64,000 bases of DNA from Nitrospiraceae bacterium (GCA_046351115.1 JAXLZB010000001.1:2990570-3054569); one strand, 5' to 3'. Shown: positions 8,931 through 18,580, counted from the first letter of the stretch. Made by a program: numbers and translations. The notes: a model not told the origin generated them from the letters alone.

Positions 8931-9968
8931 ATGAAAGCATTAATGTCAGTCGGCGCCCTGATCGGTGTCGTCGGACTGCTCATGTTGATCGGCATGATCT
9001 TCGGAGTGGTCCCATCGAACACGGTCAGGTTGGTTGAGGGCTACATGCCCATGCAGATGTTGAGCGAGCTGGCGATTTTCGTCGCCGGTTTCACTGGTAT
9101 CAGCTATCTGCTCAACTCGATGGGGATGCCCCTTCCTCGATTTTGGCAAGGCATCCTCTTTTGGGTTTTTGTACAGATGTATTTGAAGTTTCGGGTGTAT
9201 CCCCCTATCCCATTCAGCGTGCGAGCGATGTATGGGACTGTGATCATGGTGGCCGTATTCATGTGGGTGTCGGCAAACGAAGAAGATTGGAAGAAGTTCA
9301 AGCAGCCAATCTATAACGTTCTGGATGCCAATACCGGCTTCCACAAGGCATTGCGCACCATGTACCTCGTTCTCTTGCCGATTTTGATCGGCGGCTTCTC
9401 TTTTCTTTCCATGAAGCCGAGCATCGATGAGCCGATCGAATTGCGTACGGTGCACCCGGCCCCTCCGGCGAGCACCAAGGTGCACGGGAAGACCTACACC
9501 CTGCAGACTTCGCAGAACCCCTATCGTGTCAACCCAGAGGGGAAGTACGATCAGGAATACAGCAACAAGATGATCGTCGAGCAGTCAATGGGACGCCTGA
9601 TGGCCCCGAATGCCAACCCTTGGGACGAAAAGGCTGAAGGGTATCTGAAGTATGTGCGTGAAGGCGGTGAGATTTTCTTCCAGAACTGCCACTTCTGCCA
9701 CGGTGACAATTTGAATGGACGCGGTCTCCATGCGTTCGCCTTCAATCCGATTCCGGCGAACTTTACCGACCCAGGGACGATCGCTCAGCTCCAGGAAACC
9801 TTCATCTTCTGGCGTGTGGCCAAGGGGGGCATCGGCCTTCCCAATGAAGGCTTCCCCTGGGCCTCCGTGATGCCGCCATGGGAACAGCACCTGACCACGG
9901 ATGAAATCTGGAAGGTCATTCTGTTCGAGTACTGGCACACGGGCTACTATCCACGTACTTGGGACTAA
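8931..9968 (+). CDS. Membrane-anchored monohaem cytochrome c
   Basis: About five TM helices, then a class-I-like domain with CHFCHGDNLNG. RBS aaagggaga. Confidence 0.8.
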   Translation: MKALMSVGALIGVVGLLMLIGMIFGVVPSNTVRLVEGYMPMQMLSELAIFVAGFTGISYLLNSMGMPLPRFWQGILFWVFVQMYLKFRVYPPIPFSVRAMYGTVIMVAVFMWVSANEEDWKKFKQPIYNVLDANTGFHKALRTMYLVLLPILIGGFSFLSMKPSIDEPIELRTVHPAPPASTKVHGKTYTLQTSQNPYRVNPEGKYDQEYSNKMIVEQSMGRLMAPNANPWDEKAEGYLKYVREGGEIFFQNCHFCHGDNLNGRGLHAFAFNPIPANFTDPGTIAQLQETFIFWRVAKGGIGLPNEGFPWASVMPPWEQHLTTDEIWKVILFEYWHTGYYPRTWD

Positions 9969-10015
9969 TCGCGAATCTTACAAACAACCTGGGAGAACAG
10001 GTGGTGAGGTTAACA

Positions 10016-11800
10016 ATGAGGAATCTGAGGAAGAAAGTGAAGCCGGCGTTGATCGTCGGTGCCGCCGTGGGGGCTTTGCTCTTCACGGCAAGCATGGGGA
10101 TGGTCGCTCACGCTGCCGATGTCCCTGAAGGCTTCAAATCTGGAGAATTGGCACCGGCACCTCCTGCTGACATGATTGAAGCAGGTAAGCGTGTCTATTT
10201 CACGAAGTGTGTCTGGTGTCATGGCGTGGATGGAGCCGGTGATGGCCCTGGTGCCGACCGCCTGTGGCCCCGTCCGCGCAACTTCAATCAGGGTACGTTC
10301 AAGATTCGCCACACGGCGAGTGGTGAGTTGCCCTTGTTCAACTACAATGAGAAGGCTGTCGACTCTGGCAAGAACGACTTGCTGGATACGGTGACTCACG
10401 GTTTGCCTGGCTCGGCTATGCCGCCGTGGGAAGGTATCTTGACTGAGGAACAGCGTATCCAAGTCTTGGCCTATGTGACGACTCAGCTGGTCAAGGATCG
10501 GAAGTTTACGGACAAGGCTTCTGAAACTCAGACGGTGCTGCAGCTCAGCACGTTGAAGCCTTCTGAGCCAACTGAAGAAAGCGTGAAGCGCGGTGGCGAA
10601 CTGATCGTTGAGAAGAAATGTATTGAGTGCCACGGCCTTGAGGGGCGCGGCGATGGCAACGCCTTCAACCTGAAGGACGACTGGGGCTTTTCCATCCAAC
10701 CGGCGAACTGGCACAAGTGCTGGAACTTCCGGGGAAGCAGGCAGGATCCTTACAACGTTCGGAACATTTTCCGAACGTTCTCGACCGGTCTGAACGGTAC
10801 GCCAATGCCGTCCTTCGCCGACAGTACTTCGGTGGAGGAGCGCTGGAACATTGCGAATTTTGTAAATTCGTTGTGCGAGCGCGACGGTGAAGGCAAGCCC
10901 CTCGGTATCGATCCTCTGACGGATAAGCCGAAGATCAACTTCGTAGTGCCGTCCTCTCCGGTCGAAGGGGATATTTCCGACGATCCTGAGAGTGAAATGT
11001 GGAAGAAGCAGGGGCGCCGTTACGTTGCGATGGGCGGTCAGATCACCCACAAGCCGCGTAACTTCGTCAATCGTATCGACGACGTCTGGGTTAAGTCTCT
11101 CTACAACGAGAAGCAAGTGGTGTATCTGATTCAGTGGGACGATCGGACCAAGAGCGTGGCAGAGGGCAAGTTGCCCTGGGCTCCGACTCAAGTCAACGTC
11201 GAAAACTTTGGTGTGAAGGAACAGGCACCGAAGACTGGCGAAGAAGGTTCCATTGCCGCTGCTCAGAACAATTACACCACGTACAACGACGCGATTGCGT
11301 TCCAATTCCCGATCAAGTGGCAGGAAATTCCCGCTCCGTTCAAGCCGCGGTACCTCTGGGGCGATGCGAAGTTCAATGCCGACATCATCAAGTGGGAAGC
11401 TGACGGGTCCCTGCGTTCCTTCAAGGGAACGGGATGGGATCAGGACTTTGAAGAGCGCGATGACTTCGAAGAGAAGATCAAGCTCATGAAGTCTGAGTGG
11501 AAGAACGGCCGTTGGACAGTCATGATCTCCCGTCCGCTTACTGGTAGTAAGGACGATTATGACGAGTACACCCGGTTTGATGTCGGGAAGTACATTCCGA
11601 TGGTCTTCTTTGCTTGGGATGGTCACAATGGTGATGCCGGACGTAAGATGGCCGTGTCGGCCTTCTACTACACGATTCTGGAACCGCCGATCCCTCGTGA
11701 GGTCTATATCTATCCGGCGATCATCGCCGTCGGTGTGGTCATTCTCGAGGGTTGGGTGCTGACTCGTCGCGCCAACAGGAAGAAGGGCAAGAGCCTGTAG
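10016..11800 (+). CDS. Dihaem cytochrome c fused to an EB_dh / NxrC-type haem-b domain, with a C-terminal TM anchor
   Basis: ORF track 9959..11800 (TTG); ATG 10016 follows ggtgagg. Motifs CVWCHGVDGAGDG and CIECHGLEGRGDG. The C-terminal part is collinear with 28507..29460 and 35232..36074 (AFQFP, IKWEADG, GRWTVMISRPL, VFFAWDGHNGDAGRKMAVS). Confidence 0.8.
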   Translation: MRNLRKKVKPALIVGAAVGALLFTASMGMVAHAADVPEGFKSGELAPAPPADMIEAGKRVYFTKCVWCHGVDGAGDGPGADRLWPRPRNFNQGTFKIRHTASGELPLFNYNEKAVDSGKNDLLDTVTHGLPGSAMPPWEGILTEEQRIQVLAYVTTQLVKDRKFTDKASETQTVLQLSTLKPSEPTEESVKRGGELIVEKKCIECHGLEGRGDGNAFNLKDDWGFSIQPANWHKCWNFRGSRQDPYNVRNIFRTFSTGLNGTPMPSFADSTSVEERWNIANFVNSLCERDGEGKPLGIDPLTDKPKINFVVPSSPVEGDISDDPESEMWKKQGRRYVAMGGQITHKPRNFVNRIDDVWVKSLYNEKQVVYLIQWDDRTKSVAEGKLPWAPTQVNVENFGVKEQAPKTGEEGSIAAAQNNYTTYNDAIAFQFPIKWQEIPAPFKPRYLWGDAKFNADIIKWEADGSLRSFKGTGWDQDFEERDDFEEKIKLMKSEWKNGRWTVMISRPLTGSKDDYDEYTRFDVGKYIPMVFFAWDGHNGDAGRKMAVSAFYYTILEPPIPREVYIYPAIIAVGVVILEGWVLTRRANRKKGKSL

Positions 11801-11827
11801 TCTTCTTGTCGGCATGAGGTAAGTATA

Positions 11828-11866
11828 CGAGGGGGTGAGGAAACTCACCCCCTCGTTGTTTTTGTT
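11828..11866 (+). terminator. Rho-independent terminator
   Basis: cgagggggtgag / ctcaccccctcg 12-bp stem with a gaaa loop, followed by ttgtttttgtt. Confidence 0.85.
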
Positions 11867-11903
11867 CTCGGGGACGACCGAGGAAGAAGTGACACAGCTG
11901 CCC

Positions 11904-12512
11904 ATGATTTCAGACGTTGCTGGTGTTCTGATCGCTGGGGGAAAGAGCCGACGTATGGGGCGTGACAAACGCTTTCTGGCAGTGTCTGGCCGATCCTTGT
12001 TTGATCGCACGTTGGATGTCTTGGAGTCGGTGTTCAAAGAGATCATCGTGGTGCTGGCCGAGCCAGTTCCCGAATTGGATGTCAGGGGATTTCAGGTGGT
12101 TTATGATGCAATCCCGAATTGCGGGAGCCTCGGCGGGTTATATACGGGATTGCGATCCACCCCATTGCCGCGCGTTTTCGCAGTGGCGTGTGACATGCCG
12201 TTTCTCAATCCCAGCCTCGTCAGGTACTTCTCCAAGTTCGACTCGTCCGCGGACATTGTCGTCGCTGAGCTGGCGACCGGTGTCCATCCCATGCATGCGG
12301 TGTATTCGCAGAAGTGTCGACCACTACTTGAGGCTATGGCGCAGCGGGGGGATCTGAAGATTCAACGGTTGTTCCTCGAACCCGACTTACTAGTCCGGGT
12401 CGTGCGTGAGGCGGAACTGGCACCGCTGGACCCTGGCTTGCGCTCATTTCAGAACATCAATACACCGCAAGATTTGGCATTGGCCGAGTCTCTCCTCCCG
12501 CCGGTTTCATAA
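11904..12512 (+). CDS. mobA: Molybdenum cofactor guanylyltransferase
   Basis: GVLIAGGKSRRMGRDKRFL signature. The ORF-track start 11835 lies inside the upstream terminator, so ATG 11904 is preferred. Confidence 0.85.
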   Translation: MISDVAGVLIAGGKSRRMGRDKRFLAVSGRSLFDRTLDVLESVFKEIIVVLAEPVPELDVRGFQVVYDAIPNCGSLGGLYTGLRSTPLPRVFAVACDMPFLNPSLVRYFSKFDSSADIVVAELATGVHPMHAVYSQKCRPLLEAMAQRGDLKIQRLFLEPDLLVRVVREAELAPLDPGLRSFQNINTPQDLALAESLLPPVS

Positions 12513-13525
12513 TGGTCGCCCCGCGGCCCTCGTCGATCCGTCCCGGCGTGCTTCTGATTCATCCTGGGACGTTGGGCGATGTCCTGCTTGCTCGCCCCGC
12601 CATTGCTCTCCTGCGTCGCCAATTTCCTGAACATGAACTGGCGCTTGTCTCGGCAGAGGCTGTCGGACAAGTGTTGCTACATGCTCATGAGATTGATCGT
12701 CTGTTTTCCTTGGAGCGGAACCATTTGGGCGAGCTCTATGCAGGGGAGCAGGACATGACCGGAGAGTTTCAGATTTGGCTGAGCCGCTGCGTATTGGGAA
12801 TTGCTTGGCTAAGCGATGCAGATGAGAGGATCCAGCGGACGCTGCATGAGGTTGGCGTGCAGACGGTCGTTATGAAATCCCCCGCCTCCAGCGATCTTGC
12901 ATCGCTCCATCAGACGGCACGCTTCATCGAAACGATCCTCGGGTCGGAGGGGGGCGCTCCCATAGTCTCCAGGTTAACAGTATCTGAGATCCACAAAGGC
13001 TTGGGGTGCGATCTGTTGAGCGATGTGGGCCTGAAAAACCAATCCGGTCTTGTGGCTGTCCATGTTGGGAGCGGGAGCCGACACAAATGCCTTTCCCCAG
13101 CAGTGCTTTCCCATGTAGTTGGGCAGCTGAGTGAGGAGGGGAAGAGGCCATTCCTGCTGGCAGGGCCGGCGGATGGTGAGTCGCTGCAGGCTGTACGAAC
13201 GCACATGAGGAAACTGGTTCCGGCAATTGAGGGTGCGGAACTCGCTGCGGTGGCGGGATTGCTCTCAATGGTAGATCTCTACGTTGGGCATGATTCCGGA
13301 CTGACCCACTTGGCTGCCGCAGTCGGTCGGCCTACTGTCGCCTGCTTCGGGCCGACCGATGCTCAGCGGTGGCGGCCTCTTGGCGAGCATGTGCGCACGG
13401 TAATCGGGCCGCGCTGTGTCTGCAGCAGCTGGTCAACAGTTCAGGCCTGTCGTGACAAGCCGTGCTTGGCGATTCCGCCGGAGCAAATTCTGGCCGCCTG
13501 CCGGGAGATTTCGGCGCCTTGGTAA
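12512..13525 (+). CDS. Glycosyltransferase family 9 (heptosyltransferase-like)
   Basis: LLIHPGTLGDVLLARPAI N-terminus and DSGLTHLAAAVGRPTVACFGPT motif. The start overlaps the mobA stop (TAATG). Confidence 0.75.
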   Translation: MVAPRPSSIRPGVLLIHPGTLGDVLLARPAIALLRRQFPEHELALVSAEAVGQVLLHAHEIDRLFSLERNHLGELYAGEQDMTGEFQIWLSRCVLGIAWLSDADERIQRTLHEVGVQTVVMKSPASSDLASLHQTARFIETILGSEGGAPIVSRLTVSEIHKGLGCDLLSDVGLKNQSGLVAVHVGSGSRHKCLSPAVLSHVVGQLSEEGKRPFLLAGPADGESLQAVRTHMRKLVPAIEGAELAAVAGLLSMVDLYVGHDSGLTHLAAAVGRPTVACFGPTDAQRWRPLGEHVRTVIGPRCVCSSWSTVQACRDKPCLAIPPEQILAACREISAPW

Positions 13526-13624
13526 GCACCAGTCTTCCTGCCTAGTGATCTTGTCTCTGGTTGGCCGGTGTGTTAGATTGCCGATTTACTTTTCTCTTTT
13601 TCCACGCAGAGTTAGGGGATTCGG

Positions 13625-15370
13625 GTGAGTCAGAGTGTCGTGCAAGATAAGGTGATCGGCGCGTTGGTTCGCGCCATTGAACGAGCCCAACAACAGGGGT
13701 GCCTGAAGGGTACCGCTCTTCCTGCCGTGACCCTTGATGCCCCGAAGCGCCCGGAATGGGGGGATCTCGCTTCGACCGTTGCGATGTCGATGTCGGCATC
13801 CGAGAAGCGGGCTCCGTTTGAGATCGCGCAAATCATCATCGATCACATAGAGCAACGAGACGCGCTGTTCGAGCGAGTAGACATCGCCCGGCCCGGTTTT
13901 CTCAACCTTACCCTCAAGCGGCAGGTGTGGTTCGATGTCCTTCGTGAGATCGAATTCCTGGGGGCGGCATACGGTGAATCCAGCATCGGGAAAGGCCGAC
14001 GGGTTTTGGTCGAGTATGTGAGCGCCAATCCTACCGGCCCCTTGCATGTAGGCCACGGGCGAGGAGCGGCGGTTGGCCAAGCGTTGGTCCGCCTGTTGCG
14101 GGCCACAGGGCACGATGTCGCAAGCGAATACTACATCAATGACGCGGGCCGTCAGATGAAAATGTTGGGCCTCTCCGTGTTTGCGCGCTACATGGAATTG
14201 GCTGGAACGCCGGTCCCATTTCCGGAGGATGGATACCAGGGCGAGTATATCCGCGAATTGGCCGGTCGCATCAAGGCTGTGAAGGGGGATGCCCTATCAA
14301 CGCTGCCGGCGCCGGAAGCCGAGGGGCAAGCCAGGGATCTTGCCTATCGTGAACTGCTGGATCTAATTCGCCGGGACCTTGAGACATTCGGCATCACATT
14401 CGAATCCTGGTTCAGCGAAGCCTCGCTGCTGTCTTCAGGAGCGGTCGCCCAGTCGCTGGCCGAACTCACCAGGCAGGGCCTGCTGTTTGAGCAGGATGGC
14501 GCGCTGTGGTTTCGCTCTTCTGCCTATGGAGATGAGAAAGACCGCGTCGTACGGAAACAGGAAGGTGACTTTACATACCTGGCGTCGGACATGGCCTACC
14601 ACCGCGACAAGCTCAAGCGTGGCTACGATCTGCTGGTGGATGTCTGGGGGGCCGACCACCATGGGTATATCCCCCGTATGCAGGCGGTGGTACAGGCCTT
14701 TGGGTATCCCAAGGAACGCCTGAAGGTCGTGCTCGTGCAAATGGTGAATCTGCTCCGCGGCGGGAAGAAGGTGGAAATGTCCAAGCGGGCGGGGGAGTTT
14801 ATAACCTTGCGCGAGGTTATGGATGAAGTCGGGGCCGATGCGGCAAAGTTCTTTTTCCTGATGCGGGATTCGAATTCACATCTGGATTTCGATCTTGAAC
14901 TGGCTAAGCAACAGTCCCAGGAGAACCCGGTCTACTACGTGCAGTACGCCCACGCGAGAATCGCAAGCCTGCGCCGCGTGGCCGCGTCACGAGGGGTCGC
15001 CTGTCCGTTGCCCACCCAGGCGGAATTGGACTGTCTGGGGGATCCGGACGAACTCGCCATTATCCGAAAATTGTCTGCCTATCCGATGGTAGTGGAAGCC
15101 AGTGCGATGGGGCTGGAGCCGCACCGGATCGCCTACTACCTGCGCGAATTGGCCGGGATGGTGCATCCGTTCTACAACAAGCATCGAATTCTCCCCTCCG
15201 CCAGCGAAGGGGATGCCGACGATGCCGCCGGCGCAACCGGCGAAGGGCGCAAGCAGGAGGCACCCAATCCAGGTTTGACCGGTGCGCGTCTCGCGTTGAT
15301 GTGGAGCGTCCAGCAGGTGATCCGCAACGGCCTAGGGGTCTTGGGCGTCGAGGCCCCAGATCAGATGTAG
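13625..15370 (+). CDS. argS: Arginine--tRNA ligase
   Basis: SANPTGPLHVGHGRGA (HIGH-type) and MSKR motifs. 581 aa, GTG start. Confidence 0.95.
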   Translation: MSQSVVQDKVIGALVRAIERAQQQGCLKGTALPAVTLDAPKRPEWGDLASTVAMSMSASEKRAPFEIAQIIIDHIEQRDALFERVDIARPGFLNLTLKRQVWFDVLREIEFLGAAYGESSIGKGRRVLVEYVSANPTGPLHVGHGRGAAVGQALVRLLRATGHDVASEYYINDAGRQMKMLGLSVFARYMELAGTPVPFPEDGYQGEYIRELAGRIKAVKGDALSTLPAPEAEGQARDLAYRELLDLIRRDLETFGITFESWFSEASLLSSGAVAQSLAELTRQGLLFEQDGALWFRSSAYGDEKDRVVRKQEGDFTYLASDMAYHRDKLKRGYDLLVDVWGADHHGYIPRMQAVVQAFGYPKERLKVVLVQMVNLLRGGKKVEMSKRAGEFITLREVMDEVGADAAKFFFLMRDSNSHLDFDLELAKQQSQENPVYYVQYAHARIASLRRVAASRGVACPLPTQAELDCLGDPDELAIIRKLSAYPMVVEASAMGLEPHRIAYYLRELAGMVHPFYNKHRILPSASEGDADDAAGATGEGRKQEAPNPGLTGARLALMWSVQQVIRNGLGVLGVEAPDQM

Positions 15371-15388
15371 TGTGAGAGGATCGCGCTG

Positions 15389-16528
15389 ATGCTCAGGTTT
15401 GACATCGTCCATGAAGATCATGAGTCCAAGGCTAGGCTGGGACGACTACAGACCAACCGGAGTACCGTTGATACTCCGGCTTTCATGCCGGTCGGGTCGT
15501 TGGGAAATGTGCGGGGGGTGGATGTCGACGAACTGCAGAAGATTGGGTACGGCCTGATCCTGAACAATGCTTACCACATGTATTTACGGCCCGGCCACAA
15601 GATCGTTCAAGAATTGGGAGGGCTTCACGGATTTACCGGTTGGCCGCATTCGATCCTGACCGATAGCGGAGGCTTCCAGGTGTTCAGCCTGGCGAAGTTT
15701 TGCAAGGTGACCGACGAGGGCGTGACGTTCCAATCGCACATCGACGGATCGGCGCGGTTCATCAGCCCGGAAACCTCCATCGAGATTCAGGAATCTTTGG
15801 GTGCGGACATTATCATGGCATTCGACCACGTGGTGGCGTTGCCCGCGTCGGCCGACCACGTACAGGATGCCGCGCGTCGTACGTCCTTGTGGGCACGGCG
15901 TTGTCTGACGGCCAAGCGGCGAACGGATCAGTCCTTGTTCGGCATCGTGCAAGGGGGGCTGGATCCTGCGGCCCGTGTCGCGTCGGCGCGCGATCTCGTG
16001 TCCTTGGCGTTCGACGGCTATGCCGTCGGCGGCTTGTCGGTCGGTGAAGAGAAGGCCGATATGTACGCGATGCTTGACGTGACGGTGCCGGAACTCCCGA
16101 GTGCCAAACCGCGGTACCTGATGGGAGTCGGTATGCCTGAAGACCTCGTGGAGGGAGTTGCCAGGGGCATCGACATGTTCGACTGTGTGGTGCCGTCGCG
16201 ACACGGGCGCACCGGCTGGCTGTTCACGTCATTCGGGCGTGTCGTTATCAAGCAGGCGCAGTACCTTCGGGATGAACAGCCCATCGATCCGGCTTGCCCC
16301 TGTCCCGTCTGTGCCAAATATTCTCGGGCCTACCTGCATCATCTCTTCGGAATTAAGGAGATGCTGGGAGCCCGGTTGAATACGATTCACAATCTATGGT
16401 TTTTCGCTCGGTTGATGCAGGACATCCGGGATGCGATCAAAGAAGGCCGGTTCAACGAGTTTCGCCGGCGGTTTTACGAAATGTATAAGCCCGACCAGCC
16501 GGCGGGAGAGTCCCGAATCGACCTGTAG
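15389..16528 (+). CDS. tgt: Queuine tRNA-ribosyltransferase
   Basis: TPAFMPVG, FDCVVPSRHGRTG and the CPCPVC zinc site. Confidence 0.95.
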   Translation: MLRFDIVHEDHESKARLGRLQTNRSTVDTPAFMPVGSLGNVRGVDVDELQKIGYGLILNNAYHMYLRPGHKIVQELGGLHGFTGWPHSILTDSGGFQVFSLAKFCKVTDEGVTFQSHIDGSARFISPETSIEIQESLGADIIMAFDHVVALPASADHVQDAARRTSLWARRCLTAKRRTDQSLFGIVQGGLDPAARVASARDLVSLAFDGYAVGGLSVGEEKADMYAMLDVTVPELPSAKPRYLMGVGMPEDLVEGVARGIDMFDCVVPSRHGRTGWLFTSFGRVVIKQAQYLRDEQPIDPACPCPVCAKYSRAYLHHLFGIKEMLGARLNTIHNLWFFARLMQDIRDAIKEGRFNEFRRRFYEMYKPDQPAGESRIDL

Positions 16529-16561
16529 GCGAGACTGGGCGACAGGAGGACGAACGACATT

Positions 16562-16882
16562 ATGTGGGAATCGGTCGCGTGGGCGCAGGGAACATCCGGA
16601 GGCACGGGGCCGGGAAGCAGTTTGCTGTCCCTGGTTCCCTTCGTGCTGATCTTCGTCATTTTTTATTTCATGCTGATTTTGCCGCAACAAAAGCGCCAGA
16701 AGCAGCTCAAGTCGATGATTGAAGGGTTGAAGAAGGGTGACAAGGTGGTCACGGCGTCCGGCATCTGGGGAACCATTACCAATATGGGCAAAGAGACGGT
16801 GACCCTGCAGATCGCGGATAACACCAAAATCAAAATCCAAAAAGAGCATATTGCTCGGCTGCGCGGCGAGGAAGAAGACTAG
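16562..16882 (+). CDS. yajC: Preprotein translocase subunit YajC
   Basis: FYFMLILPQQKRQK motif, in the conserved tgt-yajC-secDF order. Confidence 0.9.
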   Translation: MWESVAWAQGTSGGTGPGSSLLSLVPFVLIFVIFYFMLILPQQKRQKQLKSMIEGLKKGDKVVTASGIWGTITNMGKETVTLQIADNTKIKIQKEHIARLRGEEED

Positions 16883-16918
16883 ACGCAGGCTATCGATGGG
16901 AGAAGGGTTGGCGGACGT

Positions 16919-18568
16919 ATGAAGAAAGTTGGCGGACGGTTGTTAGCCTTGGTGACGATGGTCGTCGCCTCGGTCATCTTTTTCTTGCCCTCGTATCAAC
17001 CGCTGTATCAGGAATTGCCGCGGTGGGTGCGGAATATTTTGCCGGATAAGGGCATCACGCTCGGCTTGGACCTGCAGGGCGGTATTCACTTGGTGCTCGA
17101 GGTGGAAGAGGACCGGGCGGTGGAGATTGCCGTGGAGCGGACGGTGGTGGCGCTCCAAGATCACTTGGTCGAGAAGAAAATTCCTGCAGAATCAGTCAAG
17201 CGGACCGGGGCCTCACGAATCACGATCGGGTTCCAGAACGCAGAGCTGAAGGCCCAGATCCAGAAGCTGCTGGATGATTTCCCGACCTACCTCGAAGTCG
17301 AGTCGGCCGGGTCCGGCAATTCGGTTGTGTGGGACTTGCGCGAGGCGGAGATCAAGCGGATCAAGGATTCCGCCATCAACCAAGCATTGGAAACCATTCG
17401 CAATCGCATCGACCAGTTCGGTGTGGCCGAGCCGCTCATTCAGCGCCAGGGGCTCAAACAACTCGTTGTCCAGTTACCGGGGATCAAGGATCCCAAGCTG
17501 GCTAAGGACCTGATCAAGCAGACCGCATTGCTCGAATTCAAGCTGCTCGATGAGGAGAACCAGCTCAAAGTGGATATGCCCGGGCGTATCCAGAAGGGCA
17601 AGGAGCGAGAAGAGGCCTTTTTCAAGCAGGTGGAAGGCAAGGTGCCGGAAGGCGATCAAATTCTCTTTGAACGCGTGACGGACAAGGACGGAGGCCAGGA
17701 ATGGCTGGTGCCTTACCTGGTCAAGAAGCGGGTGATGTTGGCCGGAGACGTGCTGAGCGATGCCCGGGTGTCCATCGGACAATTCAACGAGCCCTATGTG
17801 TCGATCACCTTCGATGCGAAGGGTGCACGGGAGTTCGATCGGATTACGGGCGAGAGCGTGAAGCGGCGTATGGCCATCGTGCTCGACAACAATATTTACT
17901 CCGCCCCTGTGATCCAGGAGCGCATCACCGGCGGACGGGCGCAGATCACCGGCACCTTCTCAATGGAAGAAGCCAACAATCTGGCCATCGTCCTCCGCGC
18001 CGGCGCCCTGCCGGCTCCGCTGAAGATCATTCAGGACCTCACCGTCGGACCATCCCTGGGACGAGACTCGATTGAGAAAGGCGTGCATGCGACATTGTTC
18101 GCCGGTCTGCTTGTCGTCGTCTTCATGGCCATCTATTACCGGTTGTCCGGCGTGATTGCCGACTTCGCGCTGCTGTTGAACCTGATCTGCTTGATCGGGT
18201 CCCTCGCCGCGCTGAATGCGACCCTCACGCTCCCTGGCATCGCCGGCATCATTTTGACGATCGGAATGGGCGTCGATTCCAACGTGCTGATCTTCGAGCG
18301 CATTCGGGAAGAGTTGCGACAGGGCAAACCGGTCCGGCTCGCGATTGACGGCGGATACGATAAGGCGTTGCTGACGATCGTCGATTCCCACGTCACGACC
18401 CTGATCACCGGCTTTGCGCTGTTCCTCTTCGGCACCGGACCGATCAAAGGATTTGCCGTGACGCTTTGTCTCGGCATCGCGATCAACCTCTTTACCGCCC
18501 TGGTCGGGACCAAGGTCGTCTTCGACCTGTTGAACCAGCGCAAGAAAATCGAGCAGCTGAGTATTTAG
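16919..18568 (+). CDS. secD: Protein translocase subunit SecD
   Basis: LGLDLQGG motif, large periplasmic loop, C-terminal 6-TM bundle. Confidence 0.95.
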   Translation: MKKVGGRLLALVTMVVASVIFFLPSYQPLYQELPRWVRNILPDKGITLGLDLQGGIHLVLEVEEDRAVEIAVERTVVALQDHLVEKKIPAESVKRTGASRITIGFQNAELKAQIQKLLDDFPTYLEVESAGSGNSVVWDLREAEIKRIKDSAINQALETIRNRIDQFGVAEPLIQRQGLKQLVVQLPGIKDPKLAKDLIKQTALLEFKLLDEENQLKVDMPGRIQKGKEREEAFFKQVEGKVPEGDQILFERVTDKDGGQEWLVPYLVKKRVMLAGDVLSDARVSIGQFNEPYVSITFDAKGAREFDRITGESVKRRMAIVLDNNIYSAPVIQERITGGRAQITGTFSMEEANNLAIVLRAGALPAPLKIIQDLTVGPSLGRDSIEKGVHATLFAGLLVVVFMAIYYRLSGVIADFALLLNLICLIGSLAALNATLTLPGIAGIILTIGMGVDSNVLIFERIREELRQGKPVRLAIDGGYDKALLTIVDSHVTTLITGFALFLFGTGPIKGFAVTLCLGIAINLFTALVGTKVVFDLLNQRKKIEQLSI

Positions 18569-18580
18569 GAAGGAGCGGGC

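Noticed and set aside
11835-11903. ORF-track start of mobA at 11835 (likewise the upstream extensions 9..113, 4002..4052, 9959..10015, 25485..25556, 36531..36590, 42090..42140, 44200..44268, 48552..48599, 51500..51589 and 62119..62229)
   Set aside because: These extensions overlap terminators or neighbouring genes, or lack an SD. Internal starts with good SDs give N-termini that match the family or the signal-peptide expectation.
10010-12046. 678-aa ORF on the minus strand
   Set aside because: It is antisense to a cytochrome c gene with clear CxxCH and EB_dh motifs and to mobA. It also runs straight through a strong intrinsic terminator. The translation is Arg/Pro/Leu-rich with no motif. This is the typical spurious antisense frame of a GC-rich genome.
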